Origin: Macrostomum lignano
Taxonomy: Eukaryota
Assembly (NCBI GenBank): GCA_002269645.1
Contig: NIVC01000593.1
Location: forward strand, 243,454-307,453
DNA: 64,000 bases
Direction of reading: 5' to 3'
Below are positions 24,401-35,339 of this stretch, piece by piece. How positions within the stretch are numbered: position 1 is the stretch's first letter; each line of letters starts with the position of its first letter. The notes under the pieces are model-generated. The model was not told where the DNA came from and did no database searches. It worked only from the letters and a program-made list of their open reading frames with translations. The translations under genes and the position numbers were made by a program.

Positions 24401-27348
24401 CAAGGGTGTCAACGAGCACGACGTCAGAGTCGGCAACAAAGTTCTGCGAAAGAAGCAGCCACGTAACAAACTGCAGCTGCCGTTCGAGCCACATCCTTGG
24501 ACAGTCAAGCAGGTCCAGGGAGACACGTGTGTCCTGCAACGCGGCGAACAGTCCTGCATGCGCCACGTCTCGCAGCTGCGGCCCCTGGTCGGAGAGCCTG
24601 CCGGCCAGCCTGCCGGAGAGCCTGCCGGCCAGCCTGCCGGAGAGCCTGCCGGCCAGCCTGCCGGAGAGCCTGCCGGCCAACCTGCCGGCCAACCTGCCGG
24701 CGAACCTGCCGGCCAACCTGCCGGAGAGCCTGCCGGCCAACCTACCGGTCAGCCCGCCGGTCTACCCAGCGGTAGCATCGCCACGCGAGAACATCCAAGA
24801 GCTGCCCGTAACAGAGTGCTCAGCTACAAATTGTGATCCTAGGGTTTTGTGCGTGGGCGGGCCGCTTTGATTGCTTTGGGGTTTGGGCTGGTAGTAACTG
24901 AGTAATTGAGCTCGTTTTTTTTATTCCCTGGGATCTCTCTGGTTGGGGAGAATTGTAGGCACCTGCTGCCCAGTGCTTGCATAATAAGTGTTTTTAGTCC
25001 TGGTGTGCATTTCCGATGTACATCCAATATTCTTGGCTTTCTGTTTTTAATGTACGCAGTCTCAACTGCAGGGTCGCTGCTAAATATATAAATCGATCGC
25101 ACAGAGCCTACAATAGATTGAGGCTTTATCGGCTACACACAACACATAACTTTCTCTCGGCTTCGCTCTCTACAAGAGAGGGGCTGGGAGAGAGAAATCA
25201 GAGATAAGAGAGGGCTGGGAGAGAGAAATCAAAGATAAGAGAGGGCTGGGAGAGAGAAATCAGAGATAAGAGAGGGCTGAGAGAGAGAAATCAGAGATAA
25301 GAGAGGGCTGAGAGAGAGAAATAAGAGATAAGAGAGGGCTGAGAGAGAGAAATCAGAGATAAGAGAGGGGCTGGGAGAGAGAGATCAGAGATAAGAGAGG
25401 GGCTGGGAGAGAGAAATCAGAGATAAGAGAGGGCTGGGAGAGAGAAATCAAAGATAAGAGAGGGCTGGGAGAGAGAAATCAGAGATAAGAGAGGGCTGGG
25501 AGAGAGAAATCAGAGATAAGAGAGGGCTGGGAGAGAGAAATCAAAGATAAGAGAGGGCTGGGAGAGAGAAATCAGAGATAAGAGAGGGCTGAGAGAGAGA
25601 AATCAGAGATAAGAGAGGGCTGAGAGAGAGAAATAAGAGATAAGAGAGGGGCTGGGAGAGAGAAATCAGAAGTTAATGTCGGAATTTGCTTCGTTGATAT
25701 AAAAAATGTTTTATGCGCTACTGTCAGTAGCTGAAATAAAGCAAAACCGATAACTACACGGCCCGAATCAATTGTTGATAGAGACGGCAGGCCTGGAGAG
25801 GGGACGGCAGTGCAATCCGATAATCTGGTGTCTCCTGCCGCGGGACTGAATTAAGAATCTATTAATCTTCTAGACTGAGATCGGGTCTCGGAACGAGAAG
25901 AGAGAGAGAGGGAGAGCGGATGACAATCGGATCAGCCGGGCCTGGGATATGAGAAGATAGGTAAGGAGCCTCGATAAACCCCATAGGATTGATAAAAAAG
26001 TAGAAAACAAATGGTCCAGCAAGAATTTCGTGCTTCCTGCTTTCTAAGATTAAGATTAATTTGATGGGGGCTCATTCTGAGAGACGACATCCTTGCTCTC
26101 TAAGGAGGGGAAGGATAGAGAGGGTGAGATAGGAGTGAGGGGAAGGATAGAGAGGGTGAGATAAGAGTGAGTGGAAGGAGAGGGTGAGATAAGAGTGAGT
26201 GGAAGGAGAGGGTGAGATAAGAGAAAGCTAAAAAAGAGAAGAACTGAAAAGTAACTGAAAGCATGAACCAGGCCGGGTACAATAGAAGAGCAGACATGAG
26301 TGACCACGGATTCGTATAAACAGGCAACGAGTAAGCAAGGATTTTTTGGCCGGCCCCTTGCCCCAGTCAGACTGGAGGGTGGACCGCCGCTGTGTTCTCC
26401 CTCACTAGCTTGGCTACTTAGTTTTTCTCCTATAGGAAAAGGCGAGAAGCGTGGGAGATGCTGATGCGGGAGGGAGAGAAGGGGAAGTGGATAGGGGGGA
26501 GTTGAGTGGGAAGTGAGGTTGAGGAGAGAGAACACGCTCCAGACGAGCAGAGTGAGAGAAGGGGGCTACTGTATGCTCCTATATGAGGGCTGGTGGGATA
26601 GAGGAGAAACTAGAGGGAGATTTGAGCGGGGGAAAGGGGAAGAAAAAGGGGTCGGCTAGGATCGGGGGGAGGCACAGCGGCATCCAGAGCCTATTGATTG
26701 ATTGAAGCTCTATGGAGTAGCTGCCGCGGGCTCGGATCTGCGCACATATCGGCAAGGTAAAATGCGAGGGCAGCTCCGAGCTAGCAGAGAGGAGAGAGGG
26801 GCGGAACAGCGAGGGGGGAGAGGGGGAAAGTGTGAGGAGCGGCGAGGAACTGGGGAGGGGAAGCTCAGCAGCCTCTGGTCCGTGAAGCTTTCTTCCTAAG
26901 TCGGCTCTTGGATTGAGTCCTTCTCCCTCACTCCGGCCCTCCCCTAAGACTGCTGAGGGTTGACTAGTAGTCACAGAAGCAGCTGTGTAGTGGTCAGAAT
27001 GTGTGTGTGCTTATGCCACCACCAGGGTGTGTCAGGAATCGGAGATGGAACTTGAAATGGTGAAGAAATTTGCGTAGCTAAGGACGGTGCACTCGGAGAG
27101 AAAGTGTGAGTGAACCATGATGTAAGTGGGAGAGTGAGAGAGTAAGTGAGAGACAGAGAGAGAGAAAGAATGAGAGAGAGGGAGAGAGAGGAGGGCACCT
27201 CCAATCTCAGGCACCCCCTCGGTAAAAAGGACTGATAAAAGTCAGTTTAGTTAAATTTTCTGATGTTTCGAATATTTTACGAAGTAGATTCTTCGTCAGG
27301 GCAGAGTAGAGTAGAGAGAGTGCAGAGAGAGAGTGAGAAAGAGGGAGT

Positions 27349-27381
<33 letters not shown>

Positions 27382-30300
27382 CTCCTTTCTCTCTCTGTTA
27401 CTTGAGACAGTCGCGATAGCGCCAAGGCGAGCGCATCAGATTAAGGAGAGCCCTGTCCGGGGAGGTACAAGAGAGCCCTAACCCCCACTATGATGAGGAG
27501 AAATAAGACCTGACAGAGGAAGTGTAGGCAAAATAAGAGTATAAGAGAGGAGAGGGCGGCAGGCTCTGTGCAGATCGAGGTCGAAGAGAGAAGCGGCCAA
27601 AGGAGCCTCGCATTGGGTTTGGCTAGAGGAGAGAAGAGAGAAGAGCTCGCACTCCCTGGCTCCCGGCTCTGGGAGAGACAGCGACGGAATAGTTGGGAAA
27701 TTCTGGCCAATATTTTTACTCCTTCCTATACCCTCCCTCGGACTCGAATCCCAAAACTGGGACTCGGGGGCTGGTTGGTTACTGGCTGAGTGGGGAACAC
27801 GGGCAAGCGAATGTCTGTTGGAACCACTAAAAAGCAGCGCAGCAGCAGAGGCGCTGGCTCTGGTCCATCGCTTTGATATAGAAGCCCAATATATTCTCGG
27901 GGTAGAGAAATTTTCTTATTTTTCTGATTAAATCCCCGAGTTGCTGCAAGGGAGCGAGCCGGCGGCAGGAAGGGGGGAGGGGAGAGGGTATATTGGGAAT
28001 GAGCTTGGTTGGAAGCGGCAAGCTGGTAGGCAGGCAAGAGCGGAGTCGAGAGTTATAGACAAAATTCGATCGGCGGGCCTGAGGGCGAATGGGGGCGCAG
28101 CTGCTGTTGGTGGTAGGCGTTAGCAACTGTCTTGAGGCGCTGTGGGATTTAGTTCTGTGTATTTCTATCTGCCCGCCTGCCTCTCTGCCCCTCCCCCCTC
28201 CGTCTGTGTGGTCGAGTCCAGGCCAGACCGCGAACGGGATGAAAAGGAGCTGAGAAGTGTGCACTGATCGAATAAGGGGATCTGAGCGAGCCCCCCCCCC
28301 TCCAAACCCATGAAGTTCTAGATCTCCTACTCTCACATCTCCAGATACTCGTAGATCTAGAACTCCATAACTTGACCTATAGCGGTCTCAATTCACATAT
28401 CCAATACTCTGGATCGCCATGGCTTGACAGTTTGTGTTCCTATCTAGATTCTGTGCTTCTGTCTATTGACCAGGCAGTAGTCTCTCTCCGATCCTTGGCA
28501 ATCCTTGGCTGACCCTGCAGGCACCCTACCGGCGGGGATAGGCGCGCACTCGGCATTGCGTCGACTGCCTGCTGTATTTTGTTGTTGTTGTTGTTGTTAT
28601 TGTTGTTGTTGTTGTTGTTGTTGTTGCTGCTCTTGTTGTTGCTGATATTGTTATAGAAGACCGTGTCTGATTAATGTTGCTTTGAACGCTTAGATTCGTG
28701 ATCCCGAGACCTCGAATCACGAGCTCAAATTCGTGATTCGTAAACTGGGGTTCATCTATCACTGTCTGGGCTGCTAGCTTCCCTAGAAGCAGAACTTTGG
28801 GCGGATCTGATCCGCAAGAGAAAAAGATAAATAGATTGTGCTAGTCTAGTTTGGGACGTTTAGTAAATATCGAACATCGAATTAAAAAAATTATTCGTGA
28901 TGCATCGTTTATAATCTATTCCAATTTTTAGGTAAGTTCGCCACTTCTAAATTCTTCCAATGACTGCTCCCAGTGAGCAGGAAAAGAGTTGTGAAAAATT
29001 TTGTACCAACAGTCTCGTATTACATAACAAATGCCTATTTTTAGAGATAAATTGATTTGTAATTAGAAATCGAATTTTTTAATATTGTAGTAAAAAGTGA
29101 GGCGGTGCACACGGGCTTGAGCCGGTGCATGTCTGTGTCGGCAAGGCTAATCCATAGGGAAGGTACCGGGCATGCAGAGGCTGAGAGAGAGAGCTGAGCA
29201 GGAGAGAGGATGGGAGAGATGAGGCGTGGGAAGGTGGGTAGCCCGGGACAGCGCATGCGTGTCTCAGGGCGGTGACAGGGAGAACAGGGCTGGTGGAGAG
29301 TAACTAGAGAGAGGAGGAGAGAGACCTGGTGAAGTTGGTCTGCTTAGGCGGCAGGAGAAGGAATCCAGTGCAGGCAAGAGGGGAGAAATTGAGTCAGCGA
29401 CTAAGGCTCGCCGAGGGCAGGGCAAGGGGAGGCCGCCCAGATGAAGAATGTACTCTTGCACAGAGGATCCCGACCGATTCTCTCCCCCCCCCCCACCCCT
29501 CAAACTCTTCTCCCCATCGCTCTCTCCTCGCTAACTTCCCCTCTCTAGAGGCCTCCGCTCAGCCCCAGCAGCCCTTCAACCAAGACGGCTTGTCCGCAGT
29601 GTCTGCAGTTTGGCCGGGGCCGTTCGAGAAGAACTGAGAGAGAACCCCGGCTGAAGGGAAAGCCGGGTAGAAGTTGAATAGAGAAGCACCCCCCCCCCCG
29701 GCACAGGTTTTGATAGACGGCCGAAAGCACTGCAGAACCGGACGCAAAATTCACAACAATGAGGTTTCTTTTTGTTAAAAAGAGGAAAAATCGTCAACGA
29801 AAACCGCTGCAGCGCAGTATGCTAATATAAAATTGAAATTAATTGTCTTTTCTAGATGAGAAAGACGCTTCAAACTAATAAATATTCGTTGAGTGCATGT
29901 ATAGCTATATGACTCAAAGGGAGGGGGTTCGTGCCAGCGTGCAATCATGCATGAACGATAAAAATGCTTGAATTGAATGCGCAACGTCCGCCCATTCAAG
30001 ACGGAATGATATTAAGAAAAATAAGGAATTAGTTAGTTACGAGTGTCACATCATGTCATGTACTGACGTGTCATGCTTCCAGCGCCAAGGTAAGGCGCTA
30101 TGCCATCCTGCTCCATATCTGCCTCCTCTGTCACTCTCTCCTCTGCCCCATCTTTGCCCCCCCCCCTCTGTCACACTCTCCTCTGCCCCATCTCTGCCCC
30201 CTCTGTCACTCTCTCCTCTGCTCCATCTCTGCCTCCTCTGTCACACTCTCCTCTGCCCCATCTTTGCCCCCTCTGTCACTCTCTCCTCTGCCCCATCTTT

Positions 30301-33300
30301 GCCCCCCCTCTGTCACACTCTCCTCTGCCCCATCTCTGCCCCCTCTGTCACTCTCTCCTCTGCTCCATATCTGCCTCCTCTGTCACACTCTCCTCTGCCC
30401 CATCTTTGCCCCCTCTGTCACTCTCTCCTCTGCCCCATCTCTGCCCCCTCTGTCACACTCTCCTCTGCTCCATCTCTGCCCCCTGTCACTTTATCCTCTG
30501 CCCCATCTCTGCCCCCTCTGTCACTCTCTCCTCTGCCCCATCTCTGCCCCCTCTGTCACTCTCTCCTCTGCCCCATCTCTGCCCCCTCTGTCACACTCTC
30601 CTCTGCCCCATCTCTGCCCCCTCTGTCACGCTCTCCTCTGCCCCATCTCTGCCCCCTCTGTCACACTCTCCTCTGCCCCATCTCTGCCCCCTCTGTCACA
30701 CTCTCCTCTGCTCCATCTCTGCCCCCTGTCACTTTATCCTCTGCTCCATCTCTGCCCCCTCTGTCACACTCTCCTCTGCTCCATCTCTGCCCCCTCTGTC
30801 ACACTCTCCTCTGCTCTATCTCTGCCCCCTCTGTCACGCCCTCCTCTGCTCCATCTCTGCCCCCCTCTGTCACTTTATCCTCTGCTTCATCTCTGCCCGC
30901 TCTGTCACACCTATTTATTATTTCCCCTCTCTGTATTTTCCCTCACCCTCCTTCTCATAAGTCCCCTCTTTCTTTTCTTCTTTTGTTTTTCAATCCTTTT
31001 TTCATGTGTCCATCAGACCGCCACTTCATCTCAACAATCAATGCCAAGAATTCAGACCTCGCTGCGGAGCGGGCCTTTCCCAATTATTAACAATCAACAG
31101 TGCGTCCAAACTAAAACAGTTTTTTACGCCTGGTGAATGCATAATCAATGCATGAATATAATATAGACGAATAATAGAGAGGAGTGCCAAAACAATTGAT
31201 AGAATAAAATGAGGGCACCGCACCGCCACCCGACGGCATCGGTGGAACAGCGGCGGCCGATACTCCAGTTGAGTCGGCAGCGGCATCGCCTAGAGGTGTT
31301 GATTTTGTCGCATTTTATTCATCCACAGTTCTCTTTTTTGCTTTGCTGCTTTTTCAGAGCGTCAAAACAAAAATAGTTTCATGGTGGAAACCTGAAGGTA
31401 CTTAAATGCTCAGTTTACACACAGGAGATAGTCAATACAGCTGGAGTATCTTTACAAATTGCTGAATAATTTTTAAACAATACATCCGATTTGTAAAATT
31501 GAGGATGCATTTTAAAGCTAAATAAATTCTCTTCAAGTCACTGAAATATCAACGAGTTTGAAGCTGAAATCATTCTTTTTTACAATGCAGAAAATATTAG
31601 AAAGTTGAAAAAACTGATAACTTGCGAAACGAACTTCGAAAAGTTGAAATGCAATTGAGTGTTCTGTTATTTGCCAAGTCTAGTCATGTTTGGTCTCATT
31701 TTGAAAATGAAAAGCTCAACTTTTTAAAAACTTTTCAACAATTTATAGATGTGCTATCTATGGAATGGAATTAGTTTTTGACCATCTTCTGTGTGTAAAC
31801 TGGTACGTGTAAGATGCTATTCGGATCTGCTTCCAGTTTAGATTGTCCAGAGTGTCTGAAAGCACTTGAAGCTGCATGGCCACCGCCTCATCATTTTGGA
31901 GCTGTTTTGTTATCCCATCGGGGAGAACTGAGTATCCAAGCGGTCATCCCATTAATGCACGGACGCGAGTCTGTATATTTCAGGGCGTCTTTGAGCAGTG
32001 CGAAGGAAAATGGAGAATTTCCCAGACGTTTATATTGTTATGGAGCGGAAGTAATCCCAGGAGAGATTGCTTCCACCCAACCCCTATTGCTAGATCCGAC
32101 GGACAACCGAGCAGTTCCCGATAACAAAGGATCCATCGCTCATAAATTATTCAGTTTAGATGAATTTAACGTTCGCAGGCTAATTCAGACGGGAGCTGAA
32201 GGGCGGCACTATCCGTCTGTTCTGTCCCTCTGCATCCAATCGACTGCCGCATAAATTAAATAGGCAGCACTCACTATATGATCTTGATACTGTATGTATT
32301 TGCATTAGGTTATTGATTACTGCCTTGCATCGACGCAGCTCTGAAGCAGATGGACTCTACACTCGAGCATCGTGCAAATCTCACTTTCGCATTAGCTGGA
32401 TAGTAAATTTATATAGTATGTGTTTTCCGCGGTTTGTTAACAAATTTACCGAACTACTTTTTTGCTTGAAATGCTACTCGAGATCAGTTTCAGCCTCTTT
32501 TTTGGTCTTTTTCTAGTCAGATTTTTTGCGACCGATATTTGTCTATGATGAAGACGCATTTAGCGTCATGCAAAAAGGCAAACACAACTGATCTTTGTGC
32601 TACTTTTTGCCGGGCTGCAGTGAAAATTTGCACGATGTTCGAGAGTACGGTCTACAGGCTTTACGGTTAAATCCATTAAGGTTCAAGCGATATGGGTTGC
32701 CGGTAAATTATAAGAAGCACTAGACAATCAGCAGACACAAACAGGGCAGTGCTTTCAACAAGACAAGGTTGGGACACACGCAATGGACAATGTACGCAAA
32801 ATCTATTCTCTTTACCGCTTAAGCTGCTCAGCGATGTGTATGTGTACGAGTACACTACAGCCAATAAAATACATTTAGGCATTAGAATACACGGCAAGCG
32901 AATAATTATTAGAAAGCCGGTGCGTGAACAATAAGGAATACCATTGACTGACTCACCGTGAGCGGCTCCATCATTTCCGCTGGGGATTATCTTATTAATC
33001 AGCAGCTGCATGAAGACCTCGTCGGCTCCGGTTAGCTTAAGCTGTTTAGCCAAAGCTCTCTCCTGCAGGGTGAAGTCGCCCTGATCCGAACCAATCAGAG
33101 CGTCCACTTTCTGCCTGTTGTCCTTGAACACCGAGTTGTTGGCGCCGATCAGGCAGGCGCGAACGTTCGGATCGTCCAGAATGTCGATCTGCTGCAGGGC
33201 CGTGTAGGGCAGAAACAAGGCGGATTCGGCGAACAGAGGCAGCGGAAATCCATAGTCATCGGTGATGAACGGACTCTGCAGATCGTCCGTGGGCATCTCC

Positions 33301-35339
33301 CCGGCGCCCGGGCCGCCAGCCTGCGGGCCAACTTTGGCTAGGAAATTGGTCTTCACGCTGGAGAATAGGCTGCTGGCGCCGCTAAGCGCCTCTTGTAGTT
33401 TGGCGCCGGCGCCGCCAGCCGCACCAGCCATAGCGTTGGCTTCGTCGGCCTGGGCGTCTTCGGCACCAGCGGCCTGCTCGCCCTGTCCCGGCTGCTGCTG
33501 CCGCTGGCCCTGGCCGCCCTGACTCTGCTGCTGCTGCTGGCCAAGTAGGTCGCTGCAATCGTCTACTGAGGCATCCGAGTCAGCGTCCTTCTCCACGCTG
33601 ACGAAGTCAGTCCCAGCCAGGTTCCTGGAAGAATAGGTCAGCCAGGGGGGTCAGTCTAGAGTGAATCATTACGGATGCTGCTTCGCTCCAGTAAAGTATT
33701 TTTATAGTCTCTCATATATGGTTAGTTCAATGAAAAAAGACGACTTTGAAGAAGTAGCACTCACTTCACATTGTACTTGCTGTTGATAATGCTGGCACAG
33801 CGGTCGAGTCCATCCTCCAGGATGTTGGGAAACATGGACACCAGAGTCACGAGCGTGTTGGTCAGATCAGAGGCCGGGTTCATGAAGAACATCACCCTGC
33901 GCTCTAGCATGAGCAGCTTGAATAGTACCAGCAGCTTCTGCCTGTAGCGCAGCAGCAAATCCTTTACGGAGAGGCCCATGTACATCTGGCCCATCACCGA
34001 GCCCTTGCTGAAGGAGCGGCGAAGGTCGCTGAACGTCTCCTGCAGCACGTCGATGCGGCTGAAGTCGCGCATCTCAAAGTAGGACTGGGCAGCCTGGCTT
34101 AGACGCTCGCGGATGGCGCCGAATATGGGCACCTTGCTCACCACAACCACGGCCTTCTGCACCGAGCTGCGAGTCACGTCGTCAGTCTTTGCGACCAGCT
34201 GCTGCTTCGAGTTGGTCGCGAGGGGAAGGGGGGTTCTCGAATTAGAGGATAGGGGAGACGACAGACAAATAGACTAGTTTTTAGTCTCTATTTCTGTAGA
34301 CTCACCGACGAGTCAATCTGTCGGTAGCAGGACACGCAGAAGACGGAGCGCTCTTTCTTGATAAGCGACGGCAGGACAAAGTAGACATTGTCTGCCATTT
34401 TTCGGAGTAAGAAAGAGATGAGAGTTTATTACTTTAAGGATACGAGCGTACATGTATATGATTAACACAAGTTTATACTAACTTGGAATATAGTCAGCAA
34501 CGTGCATCAGCTCACCCTCCTCATAGTTGTGCGCTCCGTCTGGCAAAGCCAGCCCGGGCAGATTTTTCCATTCGTCTGGCAGGTAGCCAGAGTCGGGGCG
34601 TTGACCCGGAGCCAAAGCTGGGAAGCAGAACTCCAGCTAAAAGGTTATGGAGTGATATGTTGGACGGCATGAATGATTTATTTACATGTGTTCAGCTACT
34701 GTCATACTCTATGACAATAATTTCAAAACTGAATAGCATCAATGCGAATCAAAGAATTTAAAAAAATTCAATGAATTGGTATTAATTTAGTGAAACGAAT
34801 GAATGGAAAGATAATGTCGTTTTTTACTTACTTATATTTAAGAATTATTATATTAAATTTTATAGTAATAAGAGATCAAGTTATTCATTGTTAACTTCCA
34901 GACTTTTAAGGAAATAAATTTAGTGTTCTATAGAGCTTTTCTAACTATGTACTGAAATAAATATTTTGTGCTTATCACAAAACAAGAAATACACAGCTTT
35001 AATATTAAGAATACATAACCTGCATTTATAACCTGATATTAAAAGATGCATTTAATTATTATCTGACTTATCTGACTAACAAGTATTTAAGCCCATAAAG
35101 TAGCATATCTCTGTAATTCCATCATATAGTATAGAGAATTAAATTAAACAATATTTTATTTCTTGGACTGATAAAATATTAACAACTAATTCGGTAAGCA
35201 AATTAAACTCTAGCAAATTTATATTTGTAATCGACAGAATTAGTAGATTTTTCATTACCTGCGATCCATGCTTGTGATGGAAGCCAATAGTTAAAATATG
35301 CAGGATAAAACCTGCATCTTCACCGCTTGGGCTAGCCAT
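15439..35339 (-). CDS. AVL9: AVL9 (late secretory pathway DENN-related protein), complete, about 626 aa
   Basis: Phase-consistent exons: 35259-35339 (MASPSG...GFHHKHGSQ), 34516-34636 (LPDEWKNLPGLALPDGAHN), 34306-34391 (SCYRQI), 33765-34201 (VTRSSVQKAV; LFKLLMLERRVMF), 32957-33624 (DDYGFPL; LPYTALQQ; GANNSVF), 16560-16892 (EGSDDWLRSQF; HPCHGQ), 15439-15593 (stop TGA). All introns GT-AG. The motifs match the AVL9 family as I recall it. Confidence 0.93.
15690..16467. repeat. Two adjacent minisatellites: 20-21 bp (CACTCAGCGTCATTTAAGACG) then 19-20 bp (CCTTAGGACACACTCGGAG)
   Basis: Fill the last AVL9 intron. The second unit shares the GACACACTC core with the first. Confidence 0.92.
17055..17320. 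repeat. 22-bp G-rich minisatellite (GATGGCTGAGGGATGGGGTTTT)
   Basis: Tandem units near the 3' end of the long AVL9 intron. Confidence 0.9.
17800..20473. repeat. Purine-rich ~28-31-bp minisatellite (GAGATAAGAGAGGCTGGGAGAGAGAGATCA), left part
   Basis: About 90 units; interrupted mid-unit by the LTR element. Confidence 0.95.
20474..25174 (+). mobile_element. Full-length Ty3/Gypsy (Mag-like) LTR retrotransposon, 4701 bp
   Basis: 221-bp LTRs (20474-20694, 24954-25174) with TGTA...TACA ends and no difference seen by eye. 5-bp TSD AGAGA. PBS-like TGGCGTCGC at 20696. PPT GGGGAGAA at 24945-24952. Single gag-pol ORF. Confidence 0.97.
20733..24836 (+). CDS. Gag-Pol polyprotein, 1367 aa (Gag with two zinc knuckles, protease, RT, RNase H, integrase)
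   Basis: CYRCGEKGHATC and CHNCGKPNHLALAC knuckles; IDSGAS protease; RT ELDIRKAFYQI...AHDD; RNase H DASPIGLGAIL, EREALAI, TDHRPL; integrase HTGH...CTLC, MDFYGP, TDNGPPF, NGATERVN. Uninterrupted frame. Confidence 0.97.
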   Translation: MAANFLSLPPPEPFSVSADPHNAGKRWSQWADRFEDFIDASGITNEKQKCKLLSYTAGKEIADIIREEAKPAAATEDGQVTLKQTLDALKTFFNGRKNIVFARYQFRLCTQATGESIESWYARLRTAAEPCDFEQLKDSLIRDQLVATCSSDKLRRRLLQEANISLEEALRKARAFEAAEEQATEMEKADSHVASVAKDDKVRTNRRGPAQTTSRPGDQQQRTCYRCGEKGHATCDAAKGKICHNCGKPNHLALACRQPRQSNSSRIPQQQISTNAVFTAADGSVNEDVFALYNRNKYPSDVSLTVQVANRQLPMMIDSGASCSIMSLGTFRALSLPSPRPTRAEVRAYGVPTPLRIVGTADLDIQVGSARTTATFHIMDGDGLTILGRQPAFKLGVLKIQRPEATKPQNINAIADTTPPEQYSDPQLKAILQRHKEVFNGIGCIKGVEVQIQLSDDAVPVCQAPSRVAAHLKEAVVDELKALEEQGIIEAVKGPSAWVSRMVVVPKGDGGVRICQDLRNLNAFVIPEKQQIPTLDEITEEMADAKLFSELDIRKAFYQIPVHESSRHLFTFSTPLGLMRLKRLSMGFTNASEILQRVMLGILSGIDGVRWAHDDVVVYASDMKQHHERLDACLQRLREFGITLNQDKCRFARPTVEFLGMRLTARGMQPATEKIDAMQNFREPSNVADVRSFLGTANFLAKFIPNFADLAAPLRQLTKKGQAWEWTEKHTAAFNGIKKAITDADTLAFFDRRLHTELLVDASPIGLGAILTQRQPDGNSRPVAYASRALSPVEQRYAQIEREALAIKFGCLKFEHYLAGDPDFTVVTDHRPLVPLFKPGSRPPPRIERMALRIQHLRFNLLYRPGSTNPADLLSRQPLPERRRNVGEELDAAFINAVSTGAVPKGFSLDQVREASRTDRDVQAALNAIRTGRWDMRAAAQRSFKSISGELSESDGVLLRGDLIVIPESLRRPILQLAHTGHLGADRTLKRLQTKVWWPRMRSDCELFVQCCTLCQAAATGLRQTPLRPTEIPDGAWLLLGMDFYGPVQGQMLLVTTDLYSKYPEVNFLNSTTAESVIPHLRRLFGRYGVPIEVVTDNGPPFSSAAFRSFLASYGIHHRLICPLHPESNGATERVNRSIGKVIQTAVAEGRNWREAIEDWLLAFRTTPHRATGRAPAELLMGRTMNNGIPTIKPSQLIDVNHEEVQSWHRNYVQDMKARFDDRKGVNEHDVRVGNKVLRKKQPRNKLQLPFEPHPWTVKQVQGDTCVLQRGEQSCMRHVSQLRPLVGEPAGQPAGEPAGQPAGEPAGQPAGEPAGQPAGQPAGEPAGQPAGEPAGQPTGQPAGLPSGSIATREHPRAARNRVLSYKL
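25175..25670. repeat. Purine-rich minisatellite, right part
   Basis: Continues the interrupted unit after the TSD. Confidence 0.95.
25750..28500 (-). mobile_element. Heavily decayed L2/CR1-like LINE relic
   Basis: Minus-strand fragments in the expected order: VGDLELH (EN-like), ISQLFRRCLSQSREP..SPLAKPN, SWFTHTF...SSPFQVPSPIP, APYLSSHI...IRSPSLSLLVPR (RT C-terminus-like). Many stops and frameshifts. Confidence 0.4.
28578..28640. repeat. (TTG)n microsatellite
   Basis: Direct reading. Confidence 0.9.
30105..30905. repeat. ~34-bp pyrimidine-rich minisatellite (CTCTGTCACTCTCTCCTCTGCCCCATCTCTGCCC)
   Basis: Tandem units in the AVL9 long intron. Confidence 0.93.
31224..31289 (-). CDS. AVL9: Candidate additional (cassette) exon of AVL9
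   Basis: GC-rich island with TAG acceptor at 31290-31292 and GT donors at 31223 or 31229. Phase 1-1, matching the flanking exons. Encodes GDAAADSTGVSAAAVPPMPSGG. Confidence 0.5.

Noticed and set aside
20819-24870. Numerous alternative-frame and antisense ORFs over the retrotransposon
   Set aside because: Shadows of a GC-rich coding sequence; the same applies to antisense ORFs over kinase, AVL9, lectin and SNX exons.
34388-34398. ATG GCA GAC as the AVL9 start codon
   Set aside because: Two upstream exons encoding the conserved N-terminus (GFHHKHGSQ; LPDGAHN) splice in with correct phases at this CAG.
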